A DNA stretch of 64,000 nucleotides from a virus (taxonomy: Duplodnaviria; Heunggongvirae; Uroviricota; Caudoviricetes). Made by a program: the position numbers and the translations under genes. Of the stretch, positions 36,801 through 45,621 are shown in pieces. Where the stretch lies: IMG/VR virus record IMGVR_UViG_3300033233_000013, positions 50,857-114,856 of that record; one strand, given 5' to 3'. Numbering within the stretch: position 1 is the first letter of the stretch; every line of letters starts with the position of its first letter. The notes under the pieces were generated by a model that was not told the origin of the DNA, searched no databases, and saw only the letters and a list, made by a program, of their open reading frames with translations.

Positions 36801-38189
36801 CGTGGGCGTCGCGGTCGGTGTTGGTGTCGTGGTCTTCGTCGGCGTCGGCGTGAGGGTCGGCGTCGGGGTCAGCGTGGGCGTCGGCGTGGCGGTGCGCGTC
36901 GGCGTTACGCTCGGGGTCGGGGTGCCGGTCGGCGTCACACTCGCCGTCGCGACCGGCTGGTAATCGCACATCAGCCACGCGTCTTCGATCGTGAGCACGG
37001 CATTCGTCGTCGTGTTCCGCGCGCCGATTTCTGTCTCCGCCAAGATCGCCACGGGGCTCGGCGCGAGCGGGGGCGTGGCTCCCGGACGTGGTGTTGGCGT
37101 CCAACACGGTCCCACGGCGGCCCCCGAACCGCAGTCGTCGTAATAGGCATCGCTCGTCGTGAATGTCCGGGTGTTCAGGAGTTCGGTCACGAGGTCGCGC
37201 CGAATGATTCGGTGCACGCCCGTCGTCGCGGCCCGCTTCCCATACACCTGCACCTTGCAGGCATTCAGCACCGCATTGGCTGGCATCGCGTCGGCATCGA
37301 CGGTGAAGGGGCGGACGCGCATGCCTTGGCTCCGCGTCGCCGTCACGCCGGAGTTGCGATTCGTCCCGGTGTTCGGCGGCGTGTCCGACCACTCCTTCCC
37401 GGCATAGTTTGGCGTCGTGTTCGGCACCGGCGACCACTGGTTGTAAAACGGCGTCGGTCCCGGCGACGGATAGCCTTGCCGCGCAATTACTTTGCCGTTG
37501 GCCGGGAACGCCGCATCATCGACGTAGAGATCATCGTGCGTCGCATGCACGAGCGCGCCACTCGTCGCCGTGCCGCCCCCAAACGCCACGCGGTCCACGT
37601 TCGTCGAGCCGGTATTGAGCGTCGCCACGCTGGTCAGGATCGTGACGTCGTCGAGCTGCACAACCACCTGGCCGACCGTGGTCGACCGCACCACCTTGAG
37701 GTTGATCGCGTAGAACCGCCCAGCCGTAATCGGGAACTCCGTCATCGAAGGAATGGCCGCGCCCGTCCGCTGCCGCGCCTCGAGCGCGATCGTCCCGTCG
37801 GTGTGATAGTTCACCTGCACACCACCGATAAAGACGCTCGTCGCATCCTCGCACCACACGAGAAAGCTGCTCACGGCGGCACCCGTCGGCGGCGTCACGA
37901 CGTCGATGCGAACCGGGTCGCGGACGAAGCAGTTGAGCGTGATGCCGAGGCCCGTCGGCGAGCGTGCCACGTCCGCCGCGCCCGTTGACTGGTAACTGTA
38001 GCTGCCGCTCCGCACGAGCGTGGGATCGCTGACGATGGTCTTGATCTGTCCCGAGAAGGACGAGAACTCCCCGAGGCTGCCCGTCTCCATGCCCGCGAAC
38101 CAGCGCGGCGCCGCCTCGGCCGACGTCGCCACGAGGCAAAGGGAAAGCGCAAGCGCCGCCGCGAGGACCGTGCTACGCTTGCCCGTCAT
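33882..38189 (-). CDS. Giant secreted protein (~1435 aa): signal peptide, jelly-roll-like N-domain, two long Thr/Pro linkers, an HExxH (HEVYH) segment, and C-terminal arrays of Cys-rich CxxxxC repeats
   Basis: Internal Met MTGKRSTVLAAALALSLCLVATSAEA|APRW. Repeats such as NAGTPCSVSSECPSGAC and SNADCTAVGATVCGG resemble Myxococcus-type Cys-rich repeats. Confidence 0.6.
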   Translation of the reverse strand: MTGKRSTVLAAALALSLCLVATSAEAAPRWFAGMETGSLGEFSSFSGQIKTIVSDPTLVRSGSYSYQSTGAADVARSPTGLGITLNCFVRDPVRIDVVTPPTGAAVSSFLVWCEDATSVFIGGVQVNYHTDGTIALEARQRTGAAIPSMTEFPITAGRFYAINLKVVRSTTVGQVVVQLDDVTILTSVATLNTGSTNVDRVAFGGGTATSGALVHATHDDLYVDDAAFPANGKVIARQGYPSPGPTPFYNQWSPVPNTTPNYAGKEWSDTPPNTGTNRNSGVTATRSQGMRVRPFTVDADAMPANAVLNACKVQVYGKRAATTGVHRIIRRDLVTELLNTRTFTTSDAYYDDCGSGAAVGPCWTPTPRPGATPPLAPSPVAILAETEIGARNTTTNAVLTIEDAWLMCDYQPVATASVTPTGTPTPSVTPTRTATPTPTLTPTPTLTPTPTKTTTPTPTATPTLSATPTITSTPLEVPTPTQTLTPTPTVTPTPTTTPTPTVTPTPTPTPTITATPPPTKTPTLTPTPTLTATPTPTATVTETPTPTLTVTPTPTVTPTPTPMISCNAGEDYQRVVLAGTADKAYVRGYSPTYCYGGANNGTACVTSSECPSGACTNQPKCTGGTNNNGACTNSSGCPGGTCTGMGSYAQITRCTSFIGGANNPPYLFAHEVYHAHVCNQSACDYDNWYTDVMLMRLDTTTAVPSGHHVAAAKFVYGVTNRDNFDGVRNFVLKYWPSPPTTFSCSDYVKEESGSTDPVAASVTINSLTTFAWNVLTLTNLDNFVPASKVAFRAWVSGGEPTAGNGVDLITNSTVIEGNGLHDAYPYVDLCVASGTPTPSATPTITVTPTPTVTATPTPTVTATATLTATPALTPTPTVTATPTKTATPTPTVTETPTPTLTATETPTPTLSATPTETVTPTPTATATAPPGPPISCPGQLSFINNPAENAHLDLGWTGTAHGQTLSGNASLTLRVQHCDNPTVPCGVCQVTGLTTNPFAPPQATPPPFRQLATRRCVDQPQTRCGDTGGCAAGDVCRDFFGGPIPFSAGSVPVCALVHFATNLSGTVNLNTGDAEVAGTAIADVANGLHTDAPCPLCVGDVAEDDGVQDGTCSDGPRIGLACDANGTHPNGWFGTTSLDCPPSGTIGKMTLPLALSTHHETRALTGASPPCRAVGSTSLACFCDTCNNAAATVCASNADCTAVGATVCGGRRCQSGTNAGTPCSVSSECPSGACIVPGLATAPNACDDGHCSAIDGRCIAGVNANAVCAEASECPGSTCAGGGNGQCAGGPFDNLCGPTATFVECAIDADCAPYARCAAGTNAGGLCTTNSACPGSTCVAETCSVFRNRPCFLDNGIVGASVTAFGAHELPSGSQVAVQLASVFCLAPTSSSASVNTAAGFPGLGRIVVAGIFQGLPSAREGQLDGGATMEGGAF

Positions 38190-38364
38190 GCGCACCCTGC
38201 TCACCGTGGCGCTGATGCTCGCGTGCGCGGCCGTCGCCGGACACTTCCTGACGCCGGCCGAGAAGGTCGACCCCGAGCTGCAGGCCGCGATGGAACTCGG
38301 CACCGTCCTCCCGGAGCACTGCATCCGCCAGGACACCACGGGCTGGCATTTCGTCTGCCCCTAG
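38188..38364 (+). CDS. Small secreted peptide (58 aa)
   Basis: MRTLLTVALMLACAAVAGHF... Its start shares a CATG with the divergent giant gene. This call is weak. Confidence 0.3.
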   Translation: MRTLLTVALMLACAAVAGHFLTPAEKVDPELQAAMELGTVLPEHCIRQDTTGWHFVCP

Positions 38365-38366
38365 CC

Positions 38367-41129
38367 TCACGAGGGCACCGGGAACGCGCAGCGCCACGTG
38401 TCGCAATCCCCGTCCACGCTGCACGATCCAAGATCGACCCGCCCGCGCGTGCACTTCGTCGCCACGCAGAGCCCATCGTGGGTCGCGCTGCCTACGGCCG
38501 CGCCGAGTGGCGTGTTCGTCACGCACTCCGTGAAGAGATCCGCGAGGAGCCCGCGCCCGAAGTCGTTCGGGTGAATCGAGTCGGTGAAGAAACACGACGT
38601 GTCGGCGCACGTCCCCTGGAGGCTCGGCGTGCGGAGCTTCACCGCCCGACGCGCGTCGATCCAGAGCCGCACACTGTCGGCCTTTCCCCAATCGTCAATC
38701 AGCCAGCGGTCGTACTCCTCGATTTCGGTGCGCACGCTGCCCCAGCAGCCGACCCCTTGCCCCTCGATCGGCGGGGGCGGGGCGACCGCGACGAACGCAG
38801 GGCGACCGTTCGGGGTCTTCGCCGGCGTCGGATAGGCGTCATGCGTCGCGACCAGTGCGAGGAAATCGTCCTTTGCCCACTGTACCTTGTTCGAGGTGAC
38901 GCAGGTCCCGGAGCAATCCGGCGAATCTTTACAACCCGAGTTACACCAGGACGCCCGGCGATTCGGCGGCGTCCGATCTGCGCGACAATTATCGCCGGCG
39001 TTGATGCAGCCCGGGGTCGTTGCGCAATTCTGGCAGGCAAAGGTACACCGACCGCCGGGACAGGCCGAGGTCGCGGAACACGTCTGACCGGCATTGCTCC
39101 CGAACTCACAGTAGCCGCAAATCCCTGTGCCCCCGTTGAAGCTACAGTCCGCATTCGAGGCACACACGCAGTCGCTGCTATTGTAGCAGCTCGCGCCGAA
39201 CGCCCCGGCTCCTGTGCCTTTCGTGACGCAGTAGCCATGACTGCCCCTGGCGGGGTCGGTCCGCCGCAGCGTCGAATCGCCACACTCGCACGCGTGACCT
39301 TGATCTGCCCCGCCGCTCTCGCACCATCCATTTTGCCCGAGGCCACCCTCGAGTGAGGTGGGATTGTCGGTCTTCCCGACTTGCTTCTGGTGGACGTTGT
39401 TGACGCCGAACATCTCCAAGATGACGTCACAGGTCTTGCCGAGCTGGCCGCGCTTCTTTGAACACTTGAGATAGCCGCCACTGTTCCCTTCGACGATGAA
39501 GCTGTAGCGGTCGGTCATGTCCTGAATCATGGTGCCGCCGAGCGAGCAGAAGTAAAGATTCGTCGGCTCGATCACACGCGCGTTGACCTTGTTCCAGAGC
39601 TCTTCATTCGCGATGATCGAGTCGCCGACGATGCACAAGGTATCCTCCCCGTCCGCGTCGAGATCGGGAATGATCGCGGGAATCGGCGGGTCGGCGGTCT
39701 GCCGGAGCACGCTCACCGTGGCATCGGTAAAGCGCATCTTGTTCCCGCCCGAGCCGGTGCGCTTGAACTGCAGATGGACCGCGCTCAGGTTTGCCAGGAT
39801 CGTCGCGTTTTCGGAGAGCAGCGGCGGCAGATTGTGGAAGGCCGCGCTCGTGCCGTTGTCCGCGAAGATGTCCACGAAGTCGGCGAAGTCGCTCGTCGTC
39901 GTCGCCCCCGAGACGAACTCCAGGTCCACCGTCGCCGTCCCGTTCTCGGCCTGCTGCATGTCGAGTTCGGCAAGGATCGCGAGCGGCGTCGGTGCCGGCG
40001 TCGGGGTGGAGATCGCGGCAAAGTTGATGATGGCGGTCGGCTTGGCGGCCTGCGTGTTCTCCAGTGTCGAGAGTGTTCCGTCGATCGCTGTCCCATCGTT
40101 CAGGCAGTCGAAGAGGTGCGTGTCGTCGCAGGTCCGGACTGCGCCACCAGAGAGGAACGAGTGCCAGTTGCCGCGCTCACCGTCGCTGAGCGGCAGCGTG
40201 GTTTCCCAATAGGAATTGGCCACGACGTTCCCGTCGTACCAGAAGCATCCGTCGAGCACGTAGGACCATCCGCCATCTGCGACCGTGTCATCCGTGCCGA
40301 TCACCGGCTGCGTAATCGTGACCCGATGGTCCGTACAGGTACTCGCCGGGCAATCGCTATCCGCCCCGCACGAGTAGCCTGCCGACGCGCCCGCGGCACA
40401 GATGCCGACGAGGCGATTCGTCGTGCCGCGCGGGTAGACGTTCGAGGGCACGCCGCCGGTGCCCGACCAGAGCCCGACGTCGACGGAATCGTCGGTGCCA
40501 TTCTTCTGGCGGAGCGTGAACGCGTTCCAGCTCCCGACCGGAATCTCGACGTCGGCATACTTCGCCGCCACGCACGTCGACTCACAATGGTTGTTCTCCG
40601 GGCAGTTCGTGGTGTCGCGCGCCTGATCGTTGCACGAGGGATCGACCACGGGCGTGCAGGGCGTATCGTTCCGTGTCGACCCGGAGCAGACGTAGCCCGT
40701 CGTGCTCCGATACCAGGCGGTCAAGTTTGCGTTCTGTGCGCTCACGGGATTCAGCGTCAGGATCGCGCCATCTTCGCTCGCGCCGCGGAAGTTCGTCAGG
40801 CGCCGCGTCGTCGTCCCGACCGTCAAGACCTTCAAGCGACACGAGAGATTCAATGTGCCCTGCGCACTCGCCATCGCAACCGGCAGGATGTAGTCCGTCG
40901 CGCCACTGGCGGGTGCAAACTTTGCCGCACAAAGGTTCCCCGGCATGGTGTCCAGCCCGCTCGTGATGGTCGTTGGCTTGTTTGTGCCGTAGCCGAGCCA
41001 CCGTCCCGGCGTCGGTTGCGGCGTCGTCTCGATCAGACATGGTTCGTTCCATGCGCCGAAGATCGTCGCCTGCGCCTCGACCGGCAGCAGCATGCACGCC
41101 AGCGCCACGAAGACGCGGAGCGCTCGCAT
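38367..41129 (-). CDS. Secreted Cys-rich repeat protein (~920 aa) containing an SGNH/GDSL hydrolase-like domain
   Basis: Internal Met MRALRVFVALACMLLPVEAQA on an ATGA overlap. GDSL block LCIVGDSIIANE and catalytic DxxH block FFTDSIHPNDFG. Many Cys-rich repeats (CASNADCSFNGGTGICGYC and others). Confidence 0.6.
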   Translation of the reverse strand: MRALRVFVALACMLLPVEAQATIFGAWNEPCLIETTPQPTPGRWLGYGTNKPTTITSGLDTMPGNLCAAKFAPASGATDYILPVAMASAQGTLNLSCRLKVLTVGTTTRRLTNFRGASEDGAILTLNPVSAQNANLTAWYRSTTGYVCSGSTRNDTPCTPVVDPSCNDQARDTTNCPENNHCESTCVAAKYADVEIPVGSWNAFTLRQKNGTDDSVDVGLWSGTGGVPSNVYPRGTTNRLVGICAAGASAGYSCGADSDCPASTCTDHRVTITQPVIGTDDTVADGGWSYVLDGCFWYDGNVVANSYWETTLPLSDGERGNWHSFLSGGAVRTCDDTHLFDCLNDGTAIDGTLSTLENTQAAKPTAIINFAAISTPTPAPTPLAILAELDMQQAENGTATVDLEFVSGATTTSDFADFVDIFADNGTSAAFHNLPPLLSENATILANLSAVHLQFKRTGSGGNKMRFTDATVSVLRQTADPPIPAIIPDLDADGEDTLCIVGDSIIANEELWNKVNARVIEPTNLYFCSLGGTMIQDMTDRYSFIVEGNSGGYLKCSKKRGQLGKTCDVILEMFGVNNVHQKQVGKTDNPTSLEGGLGQNGWCESGGADQGHACECGDSTLRRTDPARGSHGYCVTKGTGAGAFGASCYNSSDCVCASNADCSFNGGTGICGYCEFGSNAGQTCSATSACPGGRCTFACQNCATTPGCINAGDNCRADRTPPNRRASWCNSGCKDSPDCSGTCVTSNKVQWAKDDFLALVATHDAYPTPAKTPNGRPAFVAVAPPPPIEGQGVGCWGSVRTEIEEYDRWLIDDWGKADSVRLWIDARRAVKLRTPSLQGTCADTSCFFTDSIHPNDFGRGLLADLFTECVTNTPLGAAVGSATHDGLCVATKCTRGRVDLGSCSVDGDCDTWRCAFPVPS

Positions 41130-44100
41130 CACTCCCGCCCGACGCAGAGGTAGTTGATGACTCCCGCCGCCGTAAATGCCGTCGGCTGAAGTGTCGTCAC
41201 ACTTGACGAGGTCGCCCCGTAGTTCGTGATGATGAGCGACGTCGTCGAGGTCTGGGCACGCAGGATGCCGCCGAGCGATGGCGGCGCCGTATCCCACGAG
41301 AGCGTACAGGCGGGCGCGTTCGCGAATGTCCCTGGCAACCCAAAGGTCAGCGTGCACGCGCTGACGGAGCCGCCACCGCCAATCGTGATCCTCCCAGCCG
41401 TGTTGGTGCCGACAAGGCTCCCGTTCGGGCTCGACCCACACGAGCTGATGGTCGGCGCCGCGCCGCCCGTGGCGATCCGCGACGTCGCATTGCCGTCGAG
41501 GTAGACGACACCCGCGCCCCCGACCGCCCCACCGCCCCCGACCTTGGCCGTGAGAATGACACTCGACCCGTTCCAGCCGATGCCGCCGATGACTGACGCA
41601 TTGCCACCCGCACCGAGACCACCGCCTGCGCCCCCTTGCACAACCGCCGGACCACCAATGCCGCCGTTTTGCCCCCCGCTGCCGGCGCCACCCTGCAGCG
41701 TGAGCGTGCCGCCGGTGCCGACGGGGGAGCCGGCGGCTGCGCCCGCCGCGATCGTGAGCCCGCCGGCTGTGCCGTTCGCCGTCAGATTCCGCGGCTCGAC
41801 GAGAATGGTATGTGTCGCGCCCGTGCCGCCTTCTTTAAACGTCAGATTCCCCGCGATCTGATCATTGGCCCCGCAGATGCGTATGGGTGTGACCGTGGCC
41901 GTGGGGGTGGGCGTCGCTGCCGTTGCGGTCGGCGTCGCGCTCGTCGGCGTCGGCGTGGCGGTGGGCGTCGCCGTGGCCCCGACGTTCTCCGGCCCATTGA
42001 CCTGCGTCACGCCCAGCAGGTTCGTCCCTGCCGACCCATCCAGCGTGCCTCCGCTGGCGATCGTCATCGTCGCCCCGCTGTCGATCGTCAGCGACTTGCC
42101 CGTCAGGATGTGCACGGGACAGTCCTGGTTCAGCACCGTCGACCCCGCACAGGTCTGATTCAGCTTGTTCCCGCTATTGAAGTATTTCGTGCAGAAGTCC
42201 GAGTCGGTGCCCTGACAGCGCGAGACGTCGTCGGTCGCGATCACGGTCGGGATCTGCGAGTTCAGAATCGTCGCCCCGCCGACCTTCACCACGGTCGAAT
42301 CGAGGCTCATGTTCGCCTCGCCGCTCGGCGATTCCGTCACGTCGAAGTCGGCCGCCGTGAAATCCAGCGTGCCGGCGTTCGCCGCGACCGTCGCGTCACC
42401 TTCCTGCACGATCAGTTTCGGTGTCGGGCTCGTCGTGGGTGTCGCCGTCACCGTCGCAGTCGGAGTCGGTGAGACAGTCGGGGTCGGCGTCGGATGGCAC
42501 ACGAACCCTGCGGCCGTCGTGTCTACGCCATAGGGGCACGCCCCCGTCGGGATCACGCGCCACGTCGTCGTGCCCGTGATGGCATCCGTCACGACCTCGA
42601 ACGCTGGCACGACAGACGGTGCCGACGCCGGATGCACGATCGTGTAGGGCGCGGCGAAGCCGGCATCGGGCGAACAGTCCTTGCGCGTATCGGTGCCGGC
42701 TAACGGCGGCTCCTTCAAGGTGAAGCAGTTGCCCGAAGCCTGCGCCAGACAGTCCAGTTTGCCGTTGATGATCGTGCAGTCTGACGGCCCGATCGAGAGC
42801 CCATCGGCGGATGGGAAGACCGCGATCGCATACGTCGCGACCGGCGACGGCGGCGCCAAGATATACGGCGAGTTCGACGGCGTCGGATCCGGCGTCGGCG
42901 TGGGCGTCGCCGAGGGCGCCGGCCCGTCGCAGCGCCAGCCGGCGCTCGTCCGATAGGCGATCGCGCCCGGCCCCGAGCCGGCGCACGGCTCGGTGTTCTT
43001 CGCGCAGTCGGTGCAGGCGACCTGGCTCCCAGCGGCCGCGTTCTCGAGCGGGCCGCCCGACGTGAGATCGGCGAACGTCGCCGGCGGGAGACCGCCGATT
43101 GTGAAGTTGCCCGACGAGCCCGACGCGGCGTCGATCGGCTTCGCGCAGTTCGTGCGGTTGAATCCGATCGTGATGCCGAGGACGGTCTCCAGCCGGATGC
43201 ACTCCCGCCCAGTCGTCGTCTCCCACGAGATCACGTTCCCGCGAATGTCGACCCGGTTGGCGCCGGTACCGCCGGTCACGTCGCGGAGCCAGACGCCCTT
43301 CGCGTCGTTCGCGGTCGCGAGGTTCGTGATGCTGTTGGCCTCGATCAGCCCGCCGACGAGCTCGCGGAGCACGATCGCCGAGGAGTCGAGCGACGACAGC
43401 GCGTTTCCCCAGCCGCCGCCCGTGATGCGGTTTCCGACGATCGCGACGTTCCGCGCCGGGTCAAGCGCCATGGCCCCTGCGGCCGACTGGCCCTGGACGA
43501 GGATCGCGTTGCCGCCCTGGCGGTCGAGCTCGTTTCCGAGGAGGCTCGTCTCGAGCGGCCGCTGCGTCGCCTCGATGCCGACCAGGTAGCCACGGACGGT
43601 GTTGTGGCTGACGGTGACATCGGTTTCCGCGATCGCGGTGCAGGTCGCCGCCGTGCAGGTGCCAGACGGACACTGCGACGCGACGGTGCAGACGGCCGCG
43701 TTGTTCGCCCCGCCGACGCACGAGCTCCCCGGGCAGTCGCCGTTGGCGTCGCAGTTGCTATCCGGGCTCGAGCCGTGGGCGCACGCGGCCGTGCGGACGA
43801 GCGCGATGCCAGAACCCGTCGCGACACACTTCTCCCCTGAGACCGACGTGCAGTCGGTATCGCCGTAGCACTCCTGTGCCGAGGACGTGCACTGCGCATC
43901 GCTCGCACACGCGGCGCCGCCAACCGCGCACGTCGTCCCGCCGCCGCCGGTGCAGCGATTCGTGCAGGCGCCCGGCTTCGTGAGGACGTTGCCGCTGATC
44001 TCGGTATCCTGGCAGGCGCCGCAGGTGATGCCGTTCCCGGTCGCGGTATTGACGGCGCGGATCGTGTTCCCCTGGATCTTCGCCTGCTCGACCGGCGCCT

Positions 44101-45049
44101 CTTTCTTGCCGTTCAGCGTGATGCCGTTCGAGTTGCCGTCGAGCTGGTTCCCGCGGACGATGAGGTCGCGAAAGGGTCCGCCGGTGTCGTCGGGCGGCTC
44201 GAGCCGGATCCCGCCATTGCCGTTGCTGGTGATCGTGTTGTCGAGGATCCGGCAACGCTGGCAGTCGGCGCGGATGCCGTGGCGGTCGTTCGCGGTCGCT
44301 GTGACCCCGCGGATGCGGATCAACGACGGCACGGCCTGGCCCGGCGTCGCGACGCTCACGCTGATCCCGTCGCCGTCGGCGTGCGTGACGGTGACGTCCT
44401 CGATCGCGATGTTCGTTGCGCCGTCGACGATGCGGATGTCCGGGCCCTGATCGTCGGTGCCGGTCGCTCCCCGGTTCGCCGTGTTGCCGTCGATCGTGCC
44501 GTGGCCGCGGATCCGCACGTCGGCGATACCAGCGATGGAAAGCGGGCGGAGGGAGTGACTGACGCCGTTCGCCGCCTTCAGCGTGCCCTCGATCGTGAGC
44601 CGCTGGCTGGCGTTCAGCGTGAGGCCGGTGCCGACGACACATGTGACCCCGCCCGGGAGGAGCACCACCTTCGCGCCGGCGGTGTTCAGGGTGGCTTGGA
44701 TGGCCGTCGCATCATCGGTCGTCCCGTCGCAGACCGCGCCCTGCTCGACGAGGTTCACGGTCGTGATGGGCGTGGCCGTCGCGGTCGGCGTCGGAGTGGC
44801 AGTCAGGGTTGGCGTCGCCGTTTTCGTCGGGGTCGCCGTCTTGGTCGCGGTCGGGATCGGGGTGATGCGAACGATCCGCGCCTTCTGCGCGCTGTCGCGT
44901 TGGACGTCGAGCCCGCTCGGCTTGTCGATGATGATCTTCGCGGGATCATGGACCGCGGTCGTGCCGTCGCTGTTCTCGATCGTGAGCTGCGCCCGCGCGA
45001 GCGGGACCAGCAGGACGAGGAGCGCGAGGGCGAGCGCGACGCGCTTCAC
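41129..45049 (-). CDS. Secreted right-handed beta-helix protein (pectate-lyase superfamily N-terminus) with PT linkers, Cys-rich modules and a Gly-rich C-terminal region (~1306 aa)
   Basis: GTG start on a GTGA overlap gives MKRVALALALLVLLVPLARAQ. A VCDGTTDDATAIQATLNTAG motif and parallel beta-helix repeats (GNTIRAVNTATGNGITCGAC..., IRGNVISW). C-terminal GGAGSGGQNGGIGGP... Confidence 0.6.
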   Translation of the reverse strand: MKRVALALALLVLLVPLARAQLTIENSDGTTAVHDPAKIIIDKPSGLDVQRDSAQKARIVRITPIPTATKTATPTKTATPTLTATPTPTATATPITTVNLVEQGAVCDGTTDDATAIQATLNTAGAKVVLLPGGVTCVVGTGLTLNASQRLTIEGTLKAANGVSHSLRPLSIAGIADVRIRGHGTIDGNTANRGATGTDDQGPDIRIVDGATNIAIEDVTVTHADGDGISVSVATPGQAVPSLIRIRGVTATANDRHGIRADCQRCRILDNTITSNGNGGIRLEPPDDTGGPFRDLIVRGNQLDGNSNGITLNGKKEAPVEQAKIQGNTIRAVNTATGNGITCGACQDTEISGNVLTKPGACTNRCTGGGGTTCAVGGAACASDAQCTSSAQECYGDTDCTSVSGEKCVATGSGIALVRTAACAHGSSPDSNCDANGDCPGSSCVGGANNAAVCTVASQCPSGTCTAATCTAIAETDVTVSHNTVRGYLVGIEATQRPLETSLLGNELDRQGGNAILVQGQSAAGAMALDPARNVAIVGNRITGGGWGNALSSLDSSAIVLRELVGGLIEANSITNLATANDAKGVWLRDVTGGTGANRVDIRGNVISWETTTGRECIRLETVLGITIGFNRTNCAKPIDAASGSSGNFTIGGLPPATFADLTSGGPLENAAAGSQVACTDCAKNTEPCAGSGPGAIAYRTSAGWRCDGPAPSATPTPTPDPTPSNSPYILAPPSPVATYAIAVFPSADGLSIGPSDCTIINGKLDCLAQASGNCFTLKEPPLAGTDTRKDCSPDAGFAAPYTIVHPASAPSVVPAFEVVTDAITGTTTWRVIPTGACPYGVDTTAAGFVCHPTPTPTVSPTPTATVTATPTTSPTPKLIVQEGDATVAANAGTLDFTAADFDVTESPSGEANMSLDSTVVKVGGATILNSQIPTVIATDDVSRCQGTDSDFCTKYFNSGNKLNQTCAGSTVLNQDCPVHILTGKSLTIDSGATMTIASGGTLDGSAGTNLLGVTQVNGPENVGATATPTATPTPTSATPTATAATPTPTATVTPIRICGANDQIAGNLTFKEGGTGATHTILVEPRNLTANGTAGGLTIAAGAAAGSPVGTGGTLTLQGGAGSGGQNGGIGGPAVVQGGAGGGLGAGGNASVIGGIGWNGSSVILTAKVGGGGAVGGAGVVYLDGNATSRIATGGAAPTISSCGSSPNGSLVGTNTAGRITIGGGGSVSACTLTFGLPGTFANAPACTLSWDTAPPSLGGILRAQTSTTSLIITNYGATSSSVTTLQPTAFTAAGVINYLCVGRE

Positions 45050-45576
45050 GCGACGCCACCCCACGCGTCGACGGCGACGCCGCTCGTGCGCGCGAGGACG
45101 ACGAGCTTGTATTCCTTCATCCCGCGGCACTCGACGCCGAGCGCGAGCGTGCGATCGATGCCGATGAAGTTGCCCGACTCGAGCACATCGTCGCCGGCCG
45201 TGCCCCCGGCGCCCCCCGAGAGGCCCAGGTTGTCCGGCTCGAACACGCCCACCCAGACGACGCGACTGTCATGGCCGCGCATCGCGACGATGAACTCGCG
45301 CGTGTTCGCGGGGGGCGCGGGATTGGCGCGGTACTCGATCTTGATCCGCAGGAGCGCGTGATCGGCGCACGACTTCCACGCGCTCTCGGCGTAGACCCCG
45401 GACGCGCCGCCGTTCGTGAAGAGTCGGTCCGCATCGAGGAAGGAGAGCCGATCGCCGATCAGGCCTACCGCTTCGCCATCGGTGTCTGCGCTCGCGCCGA
45501 GCCCCTGGAAGCACGCCGTGTTGTGCGTGTCGCCGGCGGCGGCGGGCTCGATCCGGCGGCGCTTGCTGAGGGCCAC
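45046..45576 (-). CDS. Hypothetical protein (176 aa)
   Basis: MALSKRRRIEPAAAGDTHNTACFQGLGASADTDGEAVG... with normal composition. Confidence 0.45.
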   Translation of the reverse strand: MALSKRRRIEPAAAGDTHNTACFQGLGASADTDGEAVGLIGDRLSFLDADRLFTNGGASGVYAESAWKSCADHALLRIKIEYRANPAPPANTREFIVAMRGHDSRVVWVGVFEPDNLGLSGGAGGTAGDDVLESGNFIGIDRTLALGVECRGMKEYKLVVLARTSGVAVDAWGGVA

Positions 45577-45621
45577 GGGCTACCCTTCCCTTCCGGATCG
45601 GGTCGCGGTACGCCTACCGAC

